A stretch of 64,000 nucleotides of DNA from an uncultured delta proteobacterium (GCA_963821845.1 CAWGFI010000007.1:54729-118728), one strand, 5' to 3'; positions 41,404 to 52,377 are shown, counted from the first letter of the stretch. Notes: a model not told the origin generated them from the letters alone. Made by a program: numbers and translations.

Positions 41404-42342
41404 ATGGCGACCATGCAGGCAATCAGATTTCATTCGTACGGCGGACCGGAAGTTCTGGTTTCGGAAGAGATACCTCGACCTCGACCCGACGCGGGCGAGG
41501 TTTTGATAAAAGTCCACGCGGCGGGCGTCAACCCGCTGGACTGGAAAGTCCGAGCGGGTCTCAGACGGGACTGGCTGCGACACCGGCTCCCCTTGATTCC
41601 GGGCTGGGATGTCTGCGGGACCGTGGAGGAAACGGCTTCCGATGTCACCGATTTCAAGGTCGGAGACGCCGTCTTCGGCCTGCTGGATTTCATGTATAAT
41701 GGCGCATACGCGGAATACGTGGCCGCGCCCGCGCGGTATCTGGCTCGCAAACCGAAATCGCTCGATTTTCTCCAGGCCGGCGCCGTGCCTTTGGCGTCCC
41801 TGACGGCCTGGCAATCCCTGTTTGACGTGGCCGATCTCCAATCAGGCCAGACCGCGCTCATCCACGCGGCGTCGGGCGGAGTGGGAAGCTTCGCGGTCCA
41901 GTTCGCCAAATGGAAGGGGGCCAGGGTATTTGGCACGGCTTCCGCCGACAACGCGGGTTTTCTGCGGGAACTGGGCGTTGACGAGGCTATCGATTATCGT
42001 TCCACCCGTTTTGAAGAGGTCGCCCATGACGTGGACATGGTCTTCGACACCATCGGCGAGGACACGCAGAAACGTTCCTGGCAGGTTCTGAAAAAAGGAG
42101 GAATTCTCGTGGCCACGCTGGGAATCACCTCACCCGAAGAAGCCGAAAAGCGCGGTGTGCGGGGAGAAGGGGTCAGGGTCCATCCCGACGCCGCCGAACT
42201 GTCCAAAATCGCTTCCCTGATCGACGACGGTACCGTGAAGCCGTCGGTCAACACCGTTTTTCCGCTGGCCAAGGCGGCCAAGGCTCACGAACTGAGCCAG
42301 TCCCACCACGCCAAGGGAAAGATCGTTCTCAAGGTGATTTGA
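41404..42342 (+). CDS. NADPH-dependent quinone oxidoreductase (MDR family)
   Basis: AAGVNPLDWK, GWDVCG, HAASGGVG, HAKGKIVL. Confidence 0.9.
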   Translation: MATMQAIRFHSYGGPEVLVSEEIPRPRPDAGEVLIKVHAAGVNPLDWKVRAGLRRDWLRHRLPLIPGWDVCGTVEETASDVTDFKVGDAVFGLLDFMYNGAYAEYVAAPARYLARKPKSLDFLQAGAVPLASLTAWQSLFDVADLQSGQTALIHAASGGVGSFAVQFAKWKGARVFGTASADNAGFLRELGVDEAIDYRSTRFEEVAHDVDMVFDTIGEDTQKRSWQVLKKGGILVATLGITSPEEAEKRGVRGEGVRVHPDAAELSKIASLIDDGTVKPSVNTVFPLAKAAKAHELSQSHHAKGKIVLKVI

Positions 42343-42541
42343 TTCCGGGAATGAAGCGAATGGGGATAATTTCCGCGCCTCGAAGATCCCGACGTGGTCG
42401 GGGCGAATTATAGGGGCAAAAGTTTTTTTTGCCCCTACCACGCTTGAATTGACAAGTATGGAACACTTGGCCCGATCCACTGTCATTTCGACCCAAGGAA
42501 GAAATCCCGTTGTTTTTCACCGTGATTATAGAGGAAAGACC

Positions 42542-43000
42542 ATGAAAATCGATCTGGGCGGAAAAAAGGCGATTGTCAGTGGTTCCACCGAAGGCATCGG
42601 GCTGGCCGCGGCTCGAGGCTTGGCCGAGGCGGGCGCCGAAGTAGTCATCAACGGTCGCAGCGGCATTGAAGCGGCCGTAAAAAAGATCAAGGACGCCCTG
42701 CCGGGCGCGAAGGTGAGCGGAATCGCCGCCGACCTGGGAACGGCCGAAGGGTGCGACGCCGTGATCAAGGCTTGCCCGGCGTGCGACATCCTGGTAAACA
42801 ATCTCGGCATTTACGCCCAAATGGATTTCTTTGAAATTCCGGACAGCGAATGGGAGAAATTTTTTCAAATCAACGTCATGTCCGGCGTGCGCCTGTCACG
42901 CGCCTACATCCAAGGGATGGTTAAAAACGGCTGGGGGCGCGTGATTTTCCTCGGCTCCAGTCAGCCTTTAATATCCCCCCGGATATGATTCACTACGGCT
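42542..43000 (+). pseudogene. Short-chain dehydrogenase, 3'-truncated
   Basis: VSGSTEGIG, VNNLG, GRVIF; frame-corrected NIPPDMIHYGF, then similarity stops before the catalytic Lys. Confidence 0.8.
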
Positions 43001-43062
43001 TCCCTACGCTGAAGGCGCAAGAGGCTGGGTTCCTCGATGTGATACAGAAATTTCAATCATCT

Positions 43063-43190
43063 CGTCATTCCGCGGCTTGACCGCGGAATCCAGGATTTTC
43101 ACTGTACGCCGGAGATCTCTGGACCCCGCGATCAAGTCGCGGGGCGACGGGACAAGTCCCGACACGTCGTGGACAGGTAGCGGGGCGCCG
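43063..43190. repeat. CGTC palindrome doublet plus insert-bearing variant arm
   Basis: Doublet at 43063-43149; 43151-43190 is the reverse complement of the 30456 variant. Confidence 0.88.
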
Positions 43191-43223
43191 AGGAAGAAAA
43201 GCGCGAAGCGCGCGATGTTTTGA

Positions 43224-44048
43224 TCAATAATCGTGCTGAAAGCGCCGGATGATGTATCCGCCGGATTTCTCGTCCGGCTCCAGTTCCATCAAACCTCTGC
43301 TGGCCGCCTCGTCGAGGAGGCGGCTGAAGGAACGGAAACCGTAGTAGGATTCGTTAAAGCCCGGACGTCGCCGTTTGAGAGTCTGCTTGACCATCGAGCC
43401 CCAGATTTTTTCCTCCGAGCCTCGCTCCTCGGCCAGAGCCTCCAGCGTCTCCATCAGCAGATCGAGCACTTCTCGGGTGAGCGCCTCGGCCTTGTCTGCC
43501 TTGGTCGTGGGAGCGGGAGTTTTGCCTGCGGCTTCCGCTAGCTTGCGAGCGCCTTTTTTCCGCTTCTTCGCTTCATTGGCCAAGTCGTCGTAATAGATGA
43601 ACTGATCGCAGTTGGAAATCAAAAGATCGGAGCTGGAGTTTTTCACCCCTACGGCGATGACGATCCGGTTGTTTTCACGAAGTTTGCTGACCAGGGGGGA
43701 GAAATCGGAATCGCCGCTGACGATCACAAAGGTATCCACGTGCGGTTTGGTATAGCAAAGGTCGAGCGCGTCCACGACCATGCGGATATCGGCGGAGTTT
43801 TTGCCCGACTGCCGCACATGCGGAATCTCGATGAGTTCGAAGGCGGCTTCGTGCATGGCGGCTTTGAACTCCTTATAGCGCTCCCAGTCGCAGTACGCCT
43901 TCTTGACAACGATGTTTCCCTTGAGAAGCAGCCGTTCCAGTACCTTGGTAATATCGAACTGCGCGTAACGCGCGTCTCTTACTCCAATCGCAATGTTTTC
44001 GAAATCGCAGAAGACAGCCAGGTTCTGGCTCTCCAAAGTCTTACTCAT
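43224..44048 (-). CDS. NYN (LabA/DUF88) domain protein with C-terminal OST-HTH
   Basis: VFCDFEN, GKNSADIRMVVDA, VSGDSDFSPL, PGFNESYYGFRSFS. Confidence 0.9.
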   Translation of the reverse strand: MSKTLESQNLAVFCDFENIAIGVRDARYAQFDITKVLERLLLKGNIVVKKAYCDWERYKEFKAAMHEAAFELIEIPHVRQSGKNSADIRMVVDALDLCYTKPHVDTFVIVSGDSDFSPLVSKLRENNRIVIAVGVKNSSSDLLISNCDQFIYYDDLANEAKKRKKGARKLAEAAGKTPAPTTKADKAEALTREVLDLLMETLEALAEERGSEEKIWGSMVKQTLKRRRPGFNESYYGFRSFSRLLDEAASRGLMELEPDEKSGGYIIRRFQHDY

Positions 44049-44116
44049 ACTATTCTTTCACTCCACGAACGTTCCCGAACGCTTCGGCGCCCGGGATAAC
44101 TATGGTCGGCGTCCCG

Positions 44117-45001
44117 TCAAACTATTGCGACACGGTACAGCGGCATTAACGTGTTAAACAGTCCCGCGATATCGCCGGCTATTTCCTCGCCTCGCTTGAC
44201 GGCGTCTTCCTTATCGAGTTTCACGGCGACTTCCAGGTCGAGGCCTCCCGCTGCATGAACGGATTCAAAATACGTCGCTATGGATTCCACGCTCTTCTGT
44301 TCTTTTGAGGCGTTCACGCTCCAACCGCCGTTAACGGGCGTCAATTCACTGATGTGGAACGGAGCGCGATCATAAACCACGATTGAATTTTTAAGCGACA
44401 GCCCGCGAATCACGTCATCGTTTTCCGGACGCGCCAACCAGTAGGAAAAAGCGTTCCAGTCCCGCGACGTTCCGCCGTCGATGTCAGGCCGGGCCACGCC
44501 GAATCCGAAAATCAGCGACAGATGATTGAGTCGCACGAAAAATCTGGCCTGTTGCGCGGCGTCGCCTTCTCCTCGGTGCTTGATATCGGACCAGTGCACT
44601 TCGGGCTTTTGGCCGAACGCCCAGGAGTTGAAATTGAAGCTGCTTTGGGGCATTTTTTCAGTCACCGCGCCCCCCAGTTGTTTTCGTCCCCGCCAGGTGG
44701 TTTGGGCGGCGGTGTCCTTGAAGTCATCGAACTTGAGACCTCTCCAGAGCGCATTCGGGTTCCCACGAGACTGTGACACGGCGGAAATGCGGGCCATGGT
44801 GGCTTTTTTGTCCTTATCCATCCGTTCCCGGCGACGCCGCGTCTGAATTCGCTGCTGCAGCTTGATTTCGGTGCGTATCTCTTCGCCATCCGTCCATCGA
44901 ATGATCATTTCGTCATTCTGGATGGAAATAACCGTGAAAATTCCTTTTTCATTTTCATATTGTTGATCAACGTGGAACTCTATATTGCCGAGCGTATTCA
45001 T
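44117..45001 (-). CDS. Hypothetical protein
   Basis: 294-aa ORF with GGAG RBS; no recognised motif. Confidence 0.7.
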   Translation of the reverse strand: MNTLGNIEFHVDQQYENEKGIFTVISIQNDEMIIRWTDGEEIRTEIKLQQRIQTRRRRERMDKDKKATMARISAVSQSRGNPNALWRGLKFDDFKDTAAQTTWRGRKQLGGAVTEKMPQSSFNFNSWAFGQKPEVHWSDIKHRGEGDAAQQARFFVRLNHLSLIFGFGVARPDIDGGTSRDWNAFSYWLARPENDDVIRGLSLKNSIVVYDRAPFHISELTPVNGGWSVNASKEQKSVESIATYFESVHAAGGLDLEVAVKLDKEDAVKRGEEIAGDIAGLFNTLMPLYRVAIV

Positions 45002-45836
45002 CGCTATCTCCCGTACTCGATAAGGCTTGAGTATTGTGTAATTTGTCGGCTGAAAGAAAAGAAGCTTGAACCTTGAGGTGTTAATAGTACATTTCCATCA
45101 TGACAAGCGGCGCTGTCTTGACAAGGCCCATTTCCTTTCTTTTGTTCTCCCCAGATCCGGTAATTATCCGGCCTTATTCATTCCCTTATTCAATTATGAA
45201 GCCGGTATAATACGTTCAGCTCGTATGAAAAGGCCGTGCCCCGGCGTTGTCGTTTTCTCCCGGCGACCTGTGTGCTGAAAAAAGTGACGCCCTGGCGCCA
45301 TGAAAGGAGGAGAAATTGAATTAGGATGCGGCTTTTTATCGGAAAAAAAGGAATGATAGAAAGGAGCGCTTTATCCCGATATGACTACTTTGGTCCTATC
45401 CATTTTCTAACAATATAGTGTTAAGAGCGTTTTTTGTCAAGTTTATTCCTACCCTGGCGTATTATCCGGAACGAATCGTCATGGTAACGTAGCCGAATTA
45501 ATGGGGATTACCGATTCAAATGTCGATGGTTCGATCATGCCCAGAGCGACAACAACCGTTAACCTTTTCCGCGATTGGCGTATGACGTTCGGACACGCAC
45601 GTGAGGTAAATGCATCATGCTACCCGACCGGCGTCGTTTCTATAATAGTCGTCCGTGACGAATATCGGCCATACGCCTGTCGAATACCGGTTTCATGGGT
45701 CTGGAGAAGCAGAAAGCGGAACATACTGTTGCGTGATCGAAAAACGTAACTATTTTAAAGCCATGACGTTTTTTATCGACAAATACAGCCGATTCGTCAA
45801 TCCGCGAAGCGGCTTTACCGAGAGGAGGGTTTCACT

Positions 45837-46013
45837 ATGTTATATTGGGCCCTATTATTCTTAATCATTGCGCTTGTCGCCGGTGTTTTCGGCTTTACTG
45901 GAGTATCGGTTGCCGCCGCCGGAATCGCTAAGATATTGTTCTTCGTATTTGTGGTTCTCTTTATCATTTCATTGATAGCTGGATCTTTCGGACATCGTGC
46001 ACATCGCATCTAG
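45837..46013 (+). CDS. DUF1328 (UPF0391/YtjA-like) small membrane protein
   Basis: Absent from ORF track (58 aa); [38 protein letters not shown], with GGAGG RBS. Confidence 0.9.
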   Translation: MLYWALLFLIIALVAGVFGFTGVSVAAAGIAKILFFVFVVLFIISLIAGSFGHRAHRI

Positions 46014-46326
46014 ATTCCAATGTCTCGAAATAGCAATTAAATACATCACCAAGGTATCTTTCGAAGAGAGGGTTTATCCCTCTTTTCGAATTTTAGGGAA
46101 TAACCGCAATTGCCAGTCTTCTGTTCAAATAAGGTCATTAACCTATGGCGCTCCCTGAAATTCAGTATTATTCCTTTATCCATTAAGAATAAGCAGTGAA
46201 AGGAAGAAAAACATGTTGAGAGGCGAAATAGTGTGTAACCCATAAAGAAAAACCATAAGCGATCCGCTTTCAGAAAGCGCTTCGCCCGAATGGACGGAAG
46301 GGAGAAGATACCAAGGAGGACGTATA

Positions 46327-47052
46327 ATGAGCAAACATTTCATACTAAGAGCTATGCCGCTTATTGCGGGAGGAGTTGAGGTTACAAAAAAATCCTTCGA
46401 TGAGATGCGAGGCTTCCGCAAGGCAGGGGCTCTGGATTATATGGAAGGCTTGGCGAAAATGACCAAATATTTCGCCTGGCTCCAGGAAGGAATAGCGGGC
46501 GATTTCCTGGTTGAATACTGGGAATCGCCTCTTGCCTGGGAAGAAATTGCCGCCAACGCCAAGGAGGCCGATAGCCCCCACCTGCGATGGGCGCACGAAC
46601 AGATTACCGCCATGACGGGCGGCAAATCGGAGGCGACTCTTGATGTAGCCTTTGAAAACCTTTCCGATTGGCCCGAAAAAGGCGGAAAGACCGGCATCGG
46701 GCCGCCCGCGGCGTTCGCGCTTCGTATTTTACCCGGAAAAATCGATCTGCTGAAGGAAACCATAGCGGAGTACAAGCAAGGGAGCTTTAAAAAAGACGCC
46801 GAAGCGCATCTGAAGATGTTGCAGTACGTTCGCTGGATCTCCGCTCTTCAGCGGATGGACGGCAATGACTATTACGTTCAGTACCTCGAGCTGGAAAAAG
46901 ATCTTCCGGCCACCGCGCGCATTTTAAGTGAATCGGATAACGCCTACGCCAAAAAAATGGAGGAGAAATTCAAGGAATTCAGCGGCGTGGATTTTCGGGC
47001 CGGATGGCCGAAGTCGACCCTGTTGGCGGAGTTGAAGGATTTTAAGGGATAA
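46327..47052 (+). CDS. Hypothetical protein with two similar halves
   Basis: GGAGG RBS; halves share patterns AMPLIAG/ALRILPG and AWLQ..DFLVEYWE/SALQ..DYYVQYLE. Confidence 0.7.
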   Translation: MSKHFILRAMPLIAGGVEVTKKSFDEMRGFRKAGALDYMEGLAKMTKYFAWLQEGIAGDFLVEYWESPLAWEEIAANAKEADSPHLRWAHEQITAMTGGKSEATLDVAFENLSDWPEKGGKTGIGPPAAFALRILPGKIDLLKETIAEYKQGSFKKDAEAHLKMLQYVRWISALQRMDGNDYYVQYLELEKDLPATARILSESDNAYAKKMEEKFKEFSGVDFRAGWPKSTLLAELKDFKG

Positions 47053-47116
47053 AAGAGCGGGAAGGCCGGTAACCGAAGAAGGGCGGGACTTCCTCGTTGT
47101 CGCTCTCGTCACGCCT

Positions 47117-48271
47117 TCAGAAGAGCAGGTATCCGTCCGGCGCCAGATCCGTGGCCAGCATGACCATGTTGATTTCGCGGTGGTCGATCCAGACGCCGCC
47201 TCGCCTGTTTTCAGGCTCCATCCAGAAGGACTCGATGGTTTCGGCGAGGGTCGTATATTCCAGCAGGCTTTCGATCTGTAATGCCAGGATATGCTTGTCC
47301 GGGAAGGAAGCCGGATGCTCTTCGATGATCCGCTGGAGTTTTGGCGCGGCCTTGAGGCCGATGGATAATCCCAGTTCCCTGAAAGCCAGCCGGTAATCGG
47401 CGGGGAGCGTCAGCAGATTCTGTCGGATAAAGGACTGCAAGCCGCGCAGAACGCAGTGCAGAAGTTCTTCCAACAGCCCCGGCTGTCCGATGCCTTCCCT
47501 TACCGTCAGTTGGGCCACCTTGAAGGCGTCGCTCAAAAGCCCACCCAGGCCCAGGGGATCGTCCGTGGTCCAGTTTTTCCCTTCGCAAATGAGCGCCATG
47601 TCCGCTATTTCGGCGCTCAGGTCGGAAGCCTCCGCGATATCCTGAAGCTGATGATAGGTCACGAAGCCGTCCAACGGATCGTGATGCCCCATGGAAGATA
47701 CGAGCGGATAGGAAAGGTCCGAACTCATTTTCCAGTACATGCGCTTCCGGCCGCCCCCGGGCGGAGTGTAAACAAAATGCTTATGAGCGGTTTTGGCCAG
47801 TTCCACGGCCCAGGTGTTGTAAACCGGATCGCCAAGGGCGCGGGTGACCCGGTTAAGCGCGTGCATCCACTTGGTCAGATAATGGAAGTACTGGCCGTCC
47901 CGGTCCCATTCCACACGTTCGTCGTACGGTTCGGCGGGGCCGCGTTCCTTGAGCTTCTTACCGATTCTCAAACCGCCGATCGTGGGATGCTTCTCGCCTT
48001 CCGCCTCGTCCAGCCCGCTGATCCACCCGGACTTGGGGTCGTCCCCACGTCGCCGGCCGAGGGTGTGATGGACCTGATCCACGAGCCGCAGCGCCAGATC
48101 CCGGTACCTGGTGTCTTCCGTCAGATTGTAGAGACCCAGGAAATTGCAGACGGCAAAGGCGTCGGTCCAGAGATATCGTTTCGGCGGGGAGGCGCCGCGC
48201 GAGATTCCGGTTGTTTCCGCAAAATCGGCCATCAACTCCACCAGCGTGGATACGCTCGCGCTGTGCTCCAT
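47117..48271 (-). CDS. Conserved hypothetical protein (possible six-hairpin glycosidase-like fold)
   Basis: RYLWTDAFAV, DGQYFHYLTKWMHAL, HREINMVMLAT motifs; GGAG RBS before ATG at 48271. Confidence 0.7.
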   Translation of the reverse strand: MEHSASVSTLVELMADFAETTGISRGASPPKRYLWTDAFAVCNFLGLYNLTEDTRYRDLALRLVDQVHHTLGRRRGDDPKSGWISGLDEAEGEKHPTIGGLRIGKKLKERGPAEPYDERVEWDRDGQYFHYLTKWMHALNRVTRALGDPVYNTWAVELAKTAHKHFVYTPPGGGRKRMYWKMSSDLSYPLVSSMGHHDPLDGFVTYHQLQDIAEASDLSAEIADMALICEGKNWTTDDPLGLGGLLSDAFKVAQLTVREGIGQPGLLEELLHCVLRGLQSFIRQNLLTLPADYRLAFRELGLSIGLKAAPKLQRIIEEHPASFPDKHILALQIESLLEYTTLAETIESFWMEPENRRGGVWIDHREINMVMLATDLAPDGYLLF

Positions 48272-48660
48272 GGCGTCTCTCCGTGTCGTTTGTCTTGTAA
48301 TCGGGGCGCTTGGTATCAAATCCGCGACAATTCCATATGCCATTTGACCATAGATTGCCGTCCCTGTAAAATGTTCTATTTTATCTCCGCAAGGAGAAAA
48401 AAAATCCCCCGTGGCGCCGAAAGGGTAGTAGAATTACTACTCGGCGGCTCGCCGATCAGGAGTTTCGCCAACGGAAAATATTCAGTATCAAGGCCGCCGC
48501 GGCGATGATTTTACCGCCGCGAGAATTTGGATATCTTGATCGCTCGATTCGAGAACATGAAGGGGGACGTTACTCGGCATAGGGTAACGCATGCTTCCGA
48601 ACCTGGCGCCGAAGCGGGTCCGTTGATACCGTGATCGGCACTTTTCGTATTCCAGAGAGT

Positions 48661-49665
48661 ATGATGACACGTAGAACAATCACGCTGTTAATAACCTGCG
48701 CGCTGTTCCTGTTCGGTCTGTGCGCGTGCGAATCACAAACGAACAAAGATGGCGGCTGCGACAGGGTTTCCATCGCCGTCGCCGCTTGGCCGGGTTCCAT
48801 CCCCCTCTACGTGGCCAATGAAAAGGGATTTTTCAAGGATGAAGGGCTCGAGGTTTTTTTTCAGCTTTACTCCTCGGGGCAGGCGGCTCTTCCCGCGATG
48901 CTGGCGGGTAAATCTGATCTGGCCACCGCGGCGGACACTCCCATAGCCGTGGCCACCGTTGGAAAACAGCCGATCTCGATTGTGGCGACCATCGCGGAAA
49001 TCAAGCATGGTATTGTTTTGGTCGCCAGGAAGGACCGCGGAATCGCCACGGCCGACGATCTCAAGGGCAAGACCGTGGGCGTGACCCTCGGTTCCAGCGC
49101 CGAATTTTTCCTTCACGTGTTCCTGGCCATTTCCTATATCGATCCGGCGGACGTGCATATAGTCGATATCAAGCCCGATGAAATGGTGGAGGCCCTGCTG
49201 AGCGGAAAGATCGACGCGGTATGCGCCTGGCCGCCCTATAAAGACCGGCTCATGGAAAAACTCGGCGCCAACGCGTTCATCCTGGACGAACCGGGCGCCT
49301 ATACCGTTTCCTGGAATATCGTGGGTCGGCCGGTTTGGCTCGAGGCGCATCCCGGGTGCGCGACAAAGCTTCTGCGCGCCCTTATCAGGGCCAGCGAGTA
49401 TATCGTGGAAAATCCCCGGGAAGCCCGATCCATCGCCGCTCGGTACATAGGCCCGGAAAGCCCTCTTTTTATAGGCGATTGGGACGATTACAGCTTCGTG
49501 GTGAAATTGGATCAGAGTCTCATTCTCAATCTGGAAGACCAGGCCCGATGGATCATCAGAAACAGCGGGGACAGAAATTTGAGACAGCCCGACTTTCTGG
49601 ATCATATCTATTTCCAGGGTCTGAAAAAAGTTCAGCCTGAAGCGGTAACCATTCTCGGTGAGTAA
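48661..49665 (+). CDS. NMT1/SsuA-type substrate-binding lipoprotein
   Basis: Lipobox-like LCAC, EKGFFKDEGLEV, DLKGKTVGV..GS, WPPY. Confidence 0.85.
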   Translation: MMTRRTITLLITCALFLFGLCACESQTNKDGGCDRVSIAVAAWPGSIPLYVANEKGFFKDEGLEVFFQLYSSGQAALPAMLAGKSDLATAADTPIAVATVGKQPISIVATIAEIKHGIVLVARKDRGIATADDLKGKTVGVTLGSSAEFFLHVFLAISYIDPADVHIVDIKPDEMVEALLSGKIDAVCAWPPYKDRLMEKLGANAFILDEPGAYTVSWNIVGRPVWLEAHPGCATKLLRALIRASEYIVENPREARSIAARYIGPESPLFIGDWDDYSFVVKLDQSLILNLEDQARWIIRNSGDRNLRQPDFLDHIYFQGLKKVQPEAVTILGE

Positions 49666-49674
49666 AATACTCTT

Positions 49675-52377
49675 ATGAAAATCGTCACCAAACTGAAACT
49701 GGCCGCGTGGGCCCCCCTGCTTGTGGCGCTCATTATTGGGGTCGCGCTGTTTTTTTCCTATAAGGTATTGCGGCACACTCAGCAGGAAAATCTGGCGGCG
49801 CGGAGAATAATCAACGGCGTGCACGAACTGAACAACTTCACGCGCTCCTACATGATCCATCACGAGGAGCGGCCCAAGTGGCAGTTCCTCATGGAATACT
49901 ACACCATGTCGGAAATCATCGCCAAAGCCCATTTTGACGGCAAAGCGCAGCGGCGATACCTGGGGGACATCCGCCGGAATCTGGAAGCGATGAGAAACAC
50001 GTTTCTCGGTCTGGTTTCCTTTTACGAGCTGTCGTGGCCGCCGGAAAAAAAGCGTTTGCGGGAAGAAGCGGAGGAGCGGCTGGCCGGTCAGATCCTGATA
50101 AAGTCCCGCGACTCGGTGGCCAACGCCCTGCGCCTGAAAACAATGGTCGACGACGAGATCGCCACCACGCAAAAGAGAATCAGCATCCTGATTTTTTTCC
50201 TGATTATCGGGACCACCATTCCCCTGGCCGTTATTCTGCTGCGTATGACGCGCAACATCGCCGCTTCCTTCGCCACGCTCCGGCAGGGGACCCAATATGT
50301 CGCCGCCGGGGATTTGAACTACCGCATACGCCTTCATACCCGTGACGAAATGGGAGAACTCGCCTCGGTCTTCGATCTCATGACCGAGCGCCTCGGACAG
50401 ATTACGGTTTCCCGGGACGAGCTGCGGCGCATATCGCAGTTTCCCCAGGAAAACCCGCACCCGGTCATACGCTGTGTCGCCGACGGAACGATTTTATATA
50501 CCAACGCGCCCGCGCAAATCTGGTTGGCGACGATGGGCCGTAAAGCCGAGGGGCGGTTGCCGGAGGTTATGCGAAAAACGGTCGCCGAAGCCGGGGAGCA
50601 AGACCATCTCATCGAGATTGAAATAACCAACCCGGCGGGACGAGTGTTCGTCTTCTTCGCCATCCGCCCGCCCGACGAAGACTACATCAACCTGTACGGA
50701 ATGGACATCACCGAACGCAAAAACGCCCAGGTGGCCTTGCGGGCCAGCAACGAACGGTTGGAATTGCTGGCCATGGTGGCGGAACGGTTGCTGCGAGCCG
50801 AAGAACCCCAGACCGTGGTCGATGAACTCTGCCGCAAGGTCATGCGGCATATCGACTGCCAGTTTTTCTTCAACTACCTCGTGGAAGAGCCCGATCAATC
50901 CATGCGGCTGAACGCCAGCGCCGGAATTCCCCGTCAGGCAGCCGACGAAATAAGGCGTCTCGATTTCGGCGTGGCGGTGTGCGGATGCGTGGCCCGAGAC
51001 GGCGAACGCATTATCGCCGAGGACATTCAGCACAGCGACGATATCCGTACCCAACTGGTCAAGTCCTACGGCGTTCGGGCGTACTGCTGTCATCCCATGC
51101 TGGCGCAGGGGGGGCTCATCGGCACCCTGTCGTTCGGAACAAACTCGCGGTCTACGTTCTCCGATGACGAAGTGGCCCTGATGAAATCGGTGACCGATCA
51201 GGTGGCGGTGGCCATGGAACGGTTGCAGAACGACAAGGCCCTCCGGGAAAGCGATGAACGGTTGAACCTGGCGCTGGCCGCCGCCCGGCTGGGCACCTGG
51301 AGCCTCGATTACACCTCACAGACCTTGCAGTGCGACGAGTGCGCCCGAATGCATCTCGGTCTCGATTCCTCGCGCGAGCCGCTTTCCAAATTCCTGGCCC
51401 GGATCAACCCCGACGACCGCGCGCGGATTTACGGCGACATCATGGCCGATCCCGGCCCCATCATCGGTACCGGCCGGTTCAAGGACGAGTTCCGAATCGG
51501 GATCTCCGACGAATCCGAGCGATGGCTGATGATCGAGGCGTTGGTCCATTTCAACGGCTCGGGGTCCGAACGCCGTCCTTTCTGGAGCGTCGGCGCCACC
51601 CGCGACATCACCGACCGCAAAAGAACCGAACTGGAGCTGCGCCGGTTAAAGGACGAGCTGGAAACACGCGTGGAACAGAGAACCGCCGAATTGAGCGCCG
51701 CCAATCGCGAACTGGAAGCTTTCAGTTATTCGGTCTCCCACGACCTGCGGGCGCCGCTGCGCAGCATAGACGGGTTCAGCCGGATTCTGCTGGATAAATA
51801 CCTTGACCGGCTCGATGAACGGGGTCAAAATTATCTGTCGAGAGTAAGCGCCTCGGCCCAGAAGATGGGAACGCTGATCGATGATATGCTCAGGCTGTCG
51901 CGCATCGGACGCGCGCCGCTCATGTGGAGAAAGGTCAATGTAACCGCGCTGGCCGAGTCGCTGGTCAAGGATCTGCGTTCAAACGATCCGCGACGTAAAA
52001 TTGATGTCGAGATCGCTCCCGGAATGCGAACCACGGGCGACGAAAGCCTGCTCCGCATCGCCCTGGAAAATCTCATCGGCAACGCCTGGAAATTTACCGC
52101 CCGGGAGGACACCGGCCGCATCGAGGTGGGCAGGAAGACGGTAAACGGCAAGCAGGCTTTTTTTGTCGGCGATAACGGCGCGGGATTTGAAATGGCCTAC
52201 GTCGATAAGCTGTTCGAGCCGTTTCAGCGTTTGCACGCAATGGAAGACTTTCCGGGCTCCGGAATCGGACTGACGATCGTCAAGCGCATCGTCAGCCGCC
52301 ATGGAGGAGAGATTTGGGCGGAAGGAGCTATCGGCGAGGGAGCGACTATTTATTTCACCATTGGAGGCGATCAGTGA
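49675..52377 (+). CDS. HAMP-PAS-GAF-PAS sensor histidine kinase (phytochrome-type kinase core)
   Basis: Two TM, HAMP, FSYSVSHDLRAPL, NLIGNAWKF, DNGAGF, GIGL. Confidence 0.92.
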   Translation: MKIVTKLKLAAWAPLLVALIIGVALFFSYKVLRHTQQENLAARRIINGVHELNNFTRSYMIHHEERPKWQFLMEYYTMSEIIAKAHFDGKAQRRYLGDIRRNLEAMRNTFLGLVSFYELSWPPEKKRLREEAEERLAGQILIKSRDSVANALRLKTMVDDEIATTQKRISILIFFLIIGTTIPLAVILLRMTRNIAASFATLRQGTQYVAAGDLNYRIRLHTRDEMGELASVFDLMTERLGQITVSRDELRRISQFPQENPHPVIRCVADGTILYTNAPAQIWLATMGRKAEGRLPEVMRKTVAEAGEQDHLIEIEITNPAGRVFVFFAIRPPDEDYINLYGMDITERKNAQVALRASNERLELLAMVAERLLRAEEPQTVVDELCRKVMRHIDCQFFFNYLVEEPDQSMRLNASAGIPRQAADEIRRLDFGVAVCGCVARDGERIIAEDIQHSDDIRTQLVKSYGVRAYCCHPMLAQGGLIGTLSFGTNSRSTFSDDEVALMKSVTDQVAVAMERLQNDKALRESDERLNLALAAARLGTWSLDYTSQTLQCDECARMHLGLDSSREPLSKFLARINPDDRARIYGDIMADPGPIIGTGRFKDEFRIGISDESERWLMIEALVHFNGSGSERRPFWSVGATRDITDRKRTELELRRLKDELETRVEQRTAELSAANRELEAFSYSVSHDLRAPLRSIDGFSRILLDKYLDRLDERGQNYLSRVSASAQKMGTLIDDMLRLSRIGRAPLMWRKVNVTALAESLVKDLRSNDPRRKIDVEIAPGMRTTGDESLLRIALENLIGNAWKFTAREDTGRIEVGRKTVNGKQAFFVGDNGAGFEMAYVDKLFEPFQRLHAMEDFPGSGIGLTIVKRIVSRHGGEIWAEGAIGEGATIYFTIGGDQ

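Noticed and set aside
45060-45830. Hidden gene or ncRNA in the long intergenic stretch
   Set aside because: Only short ORFs without motifs; no tRNA-like or other recognisable structure.
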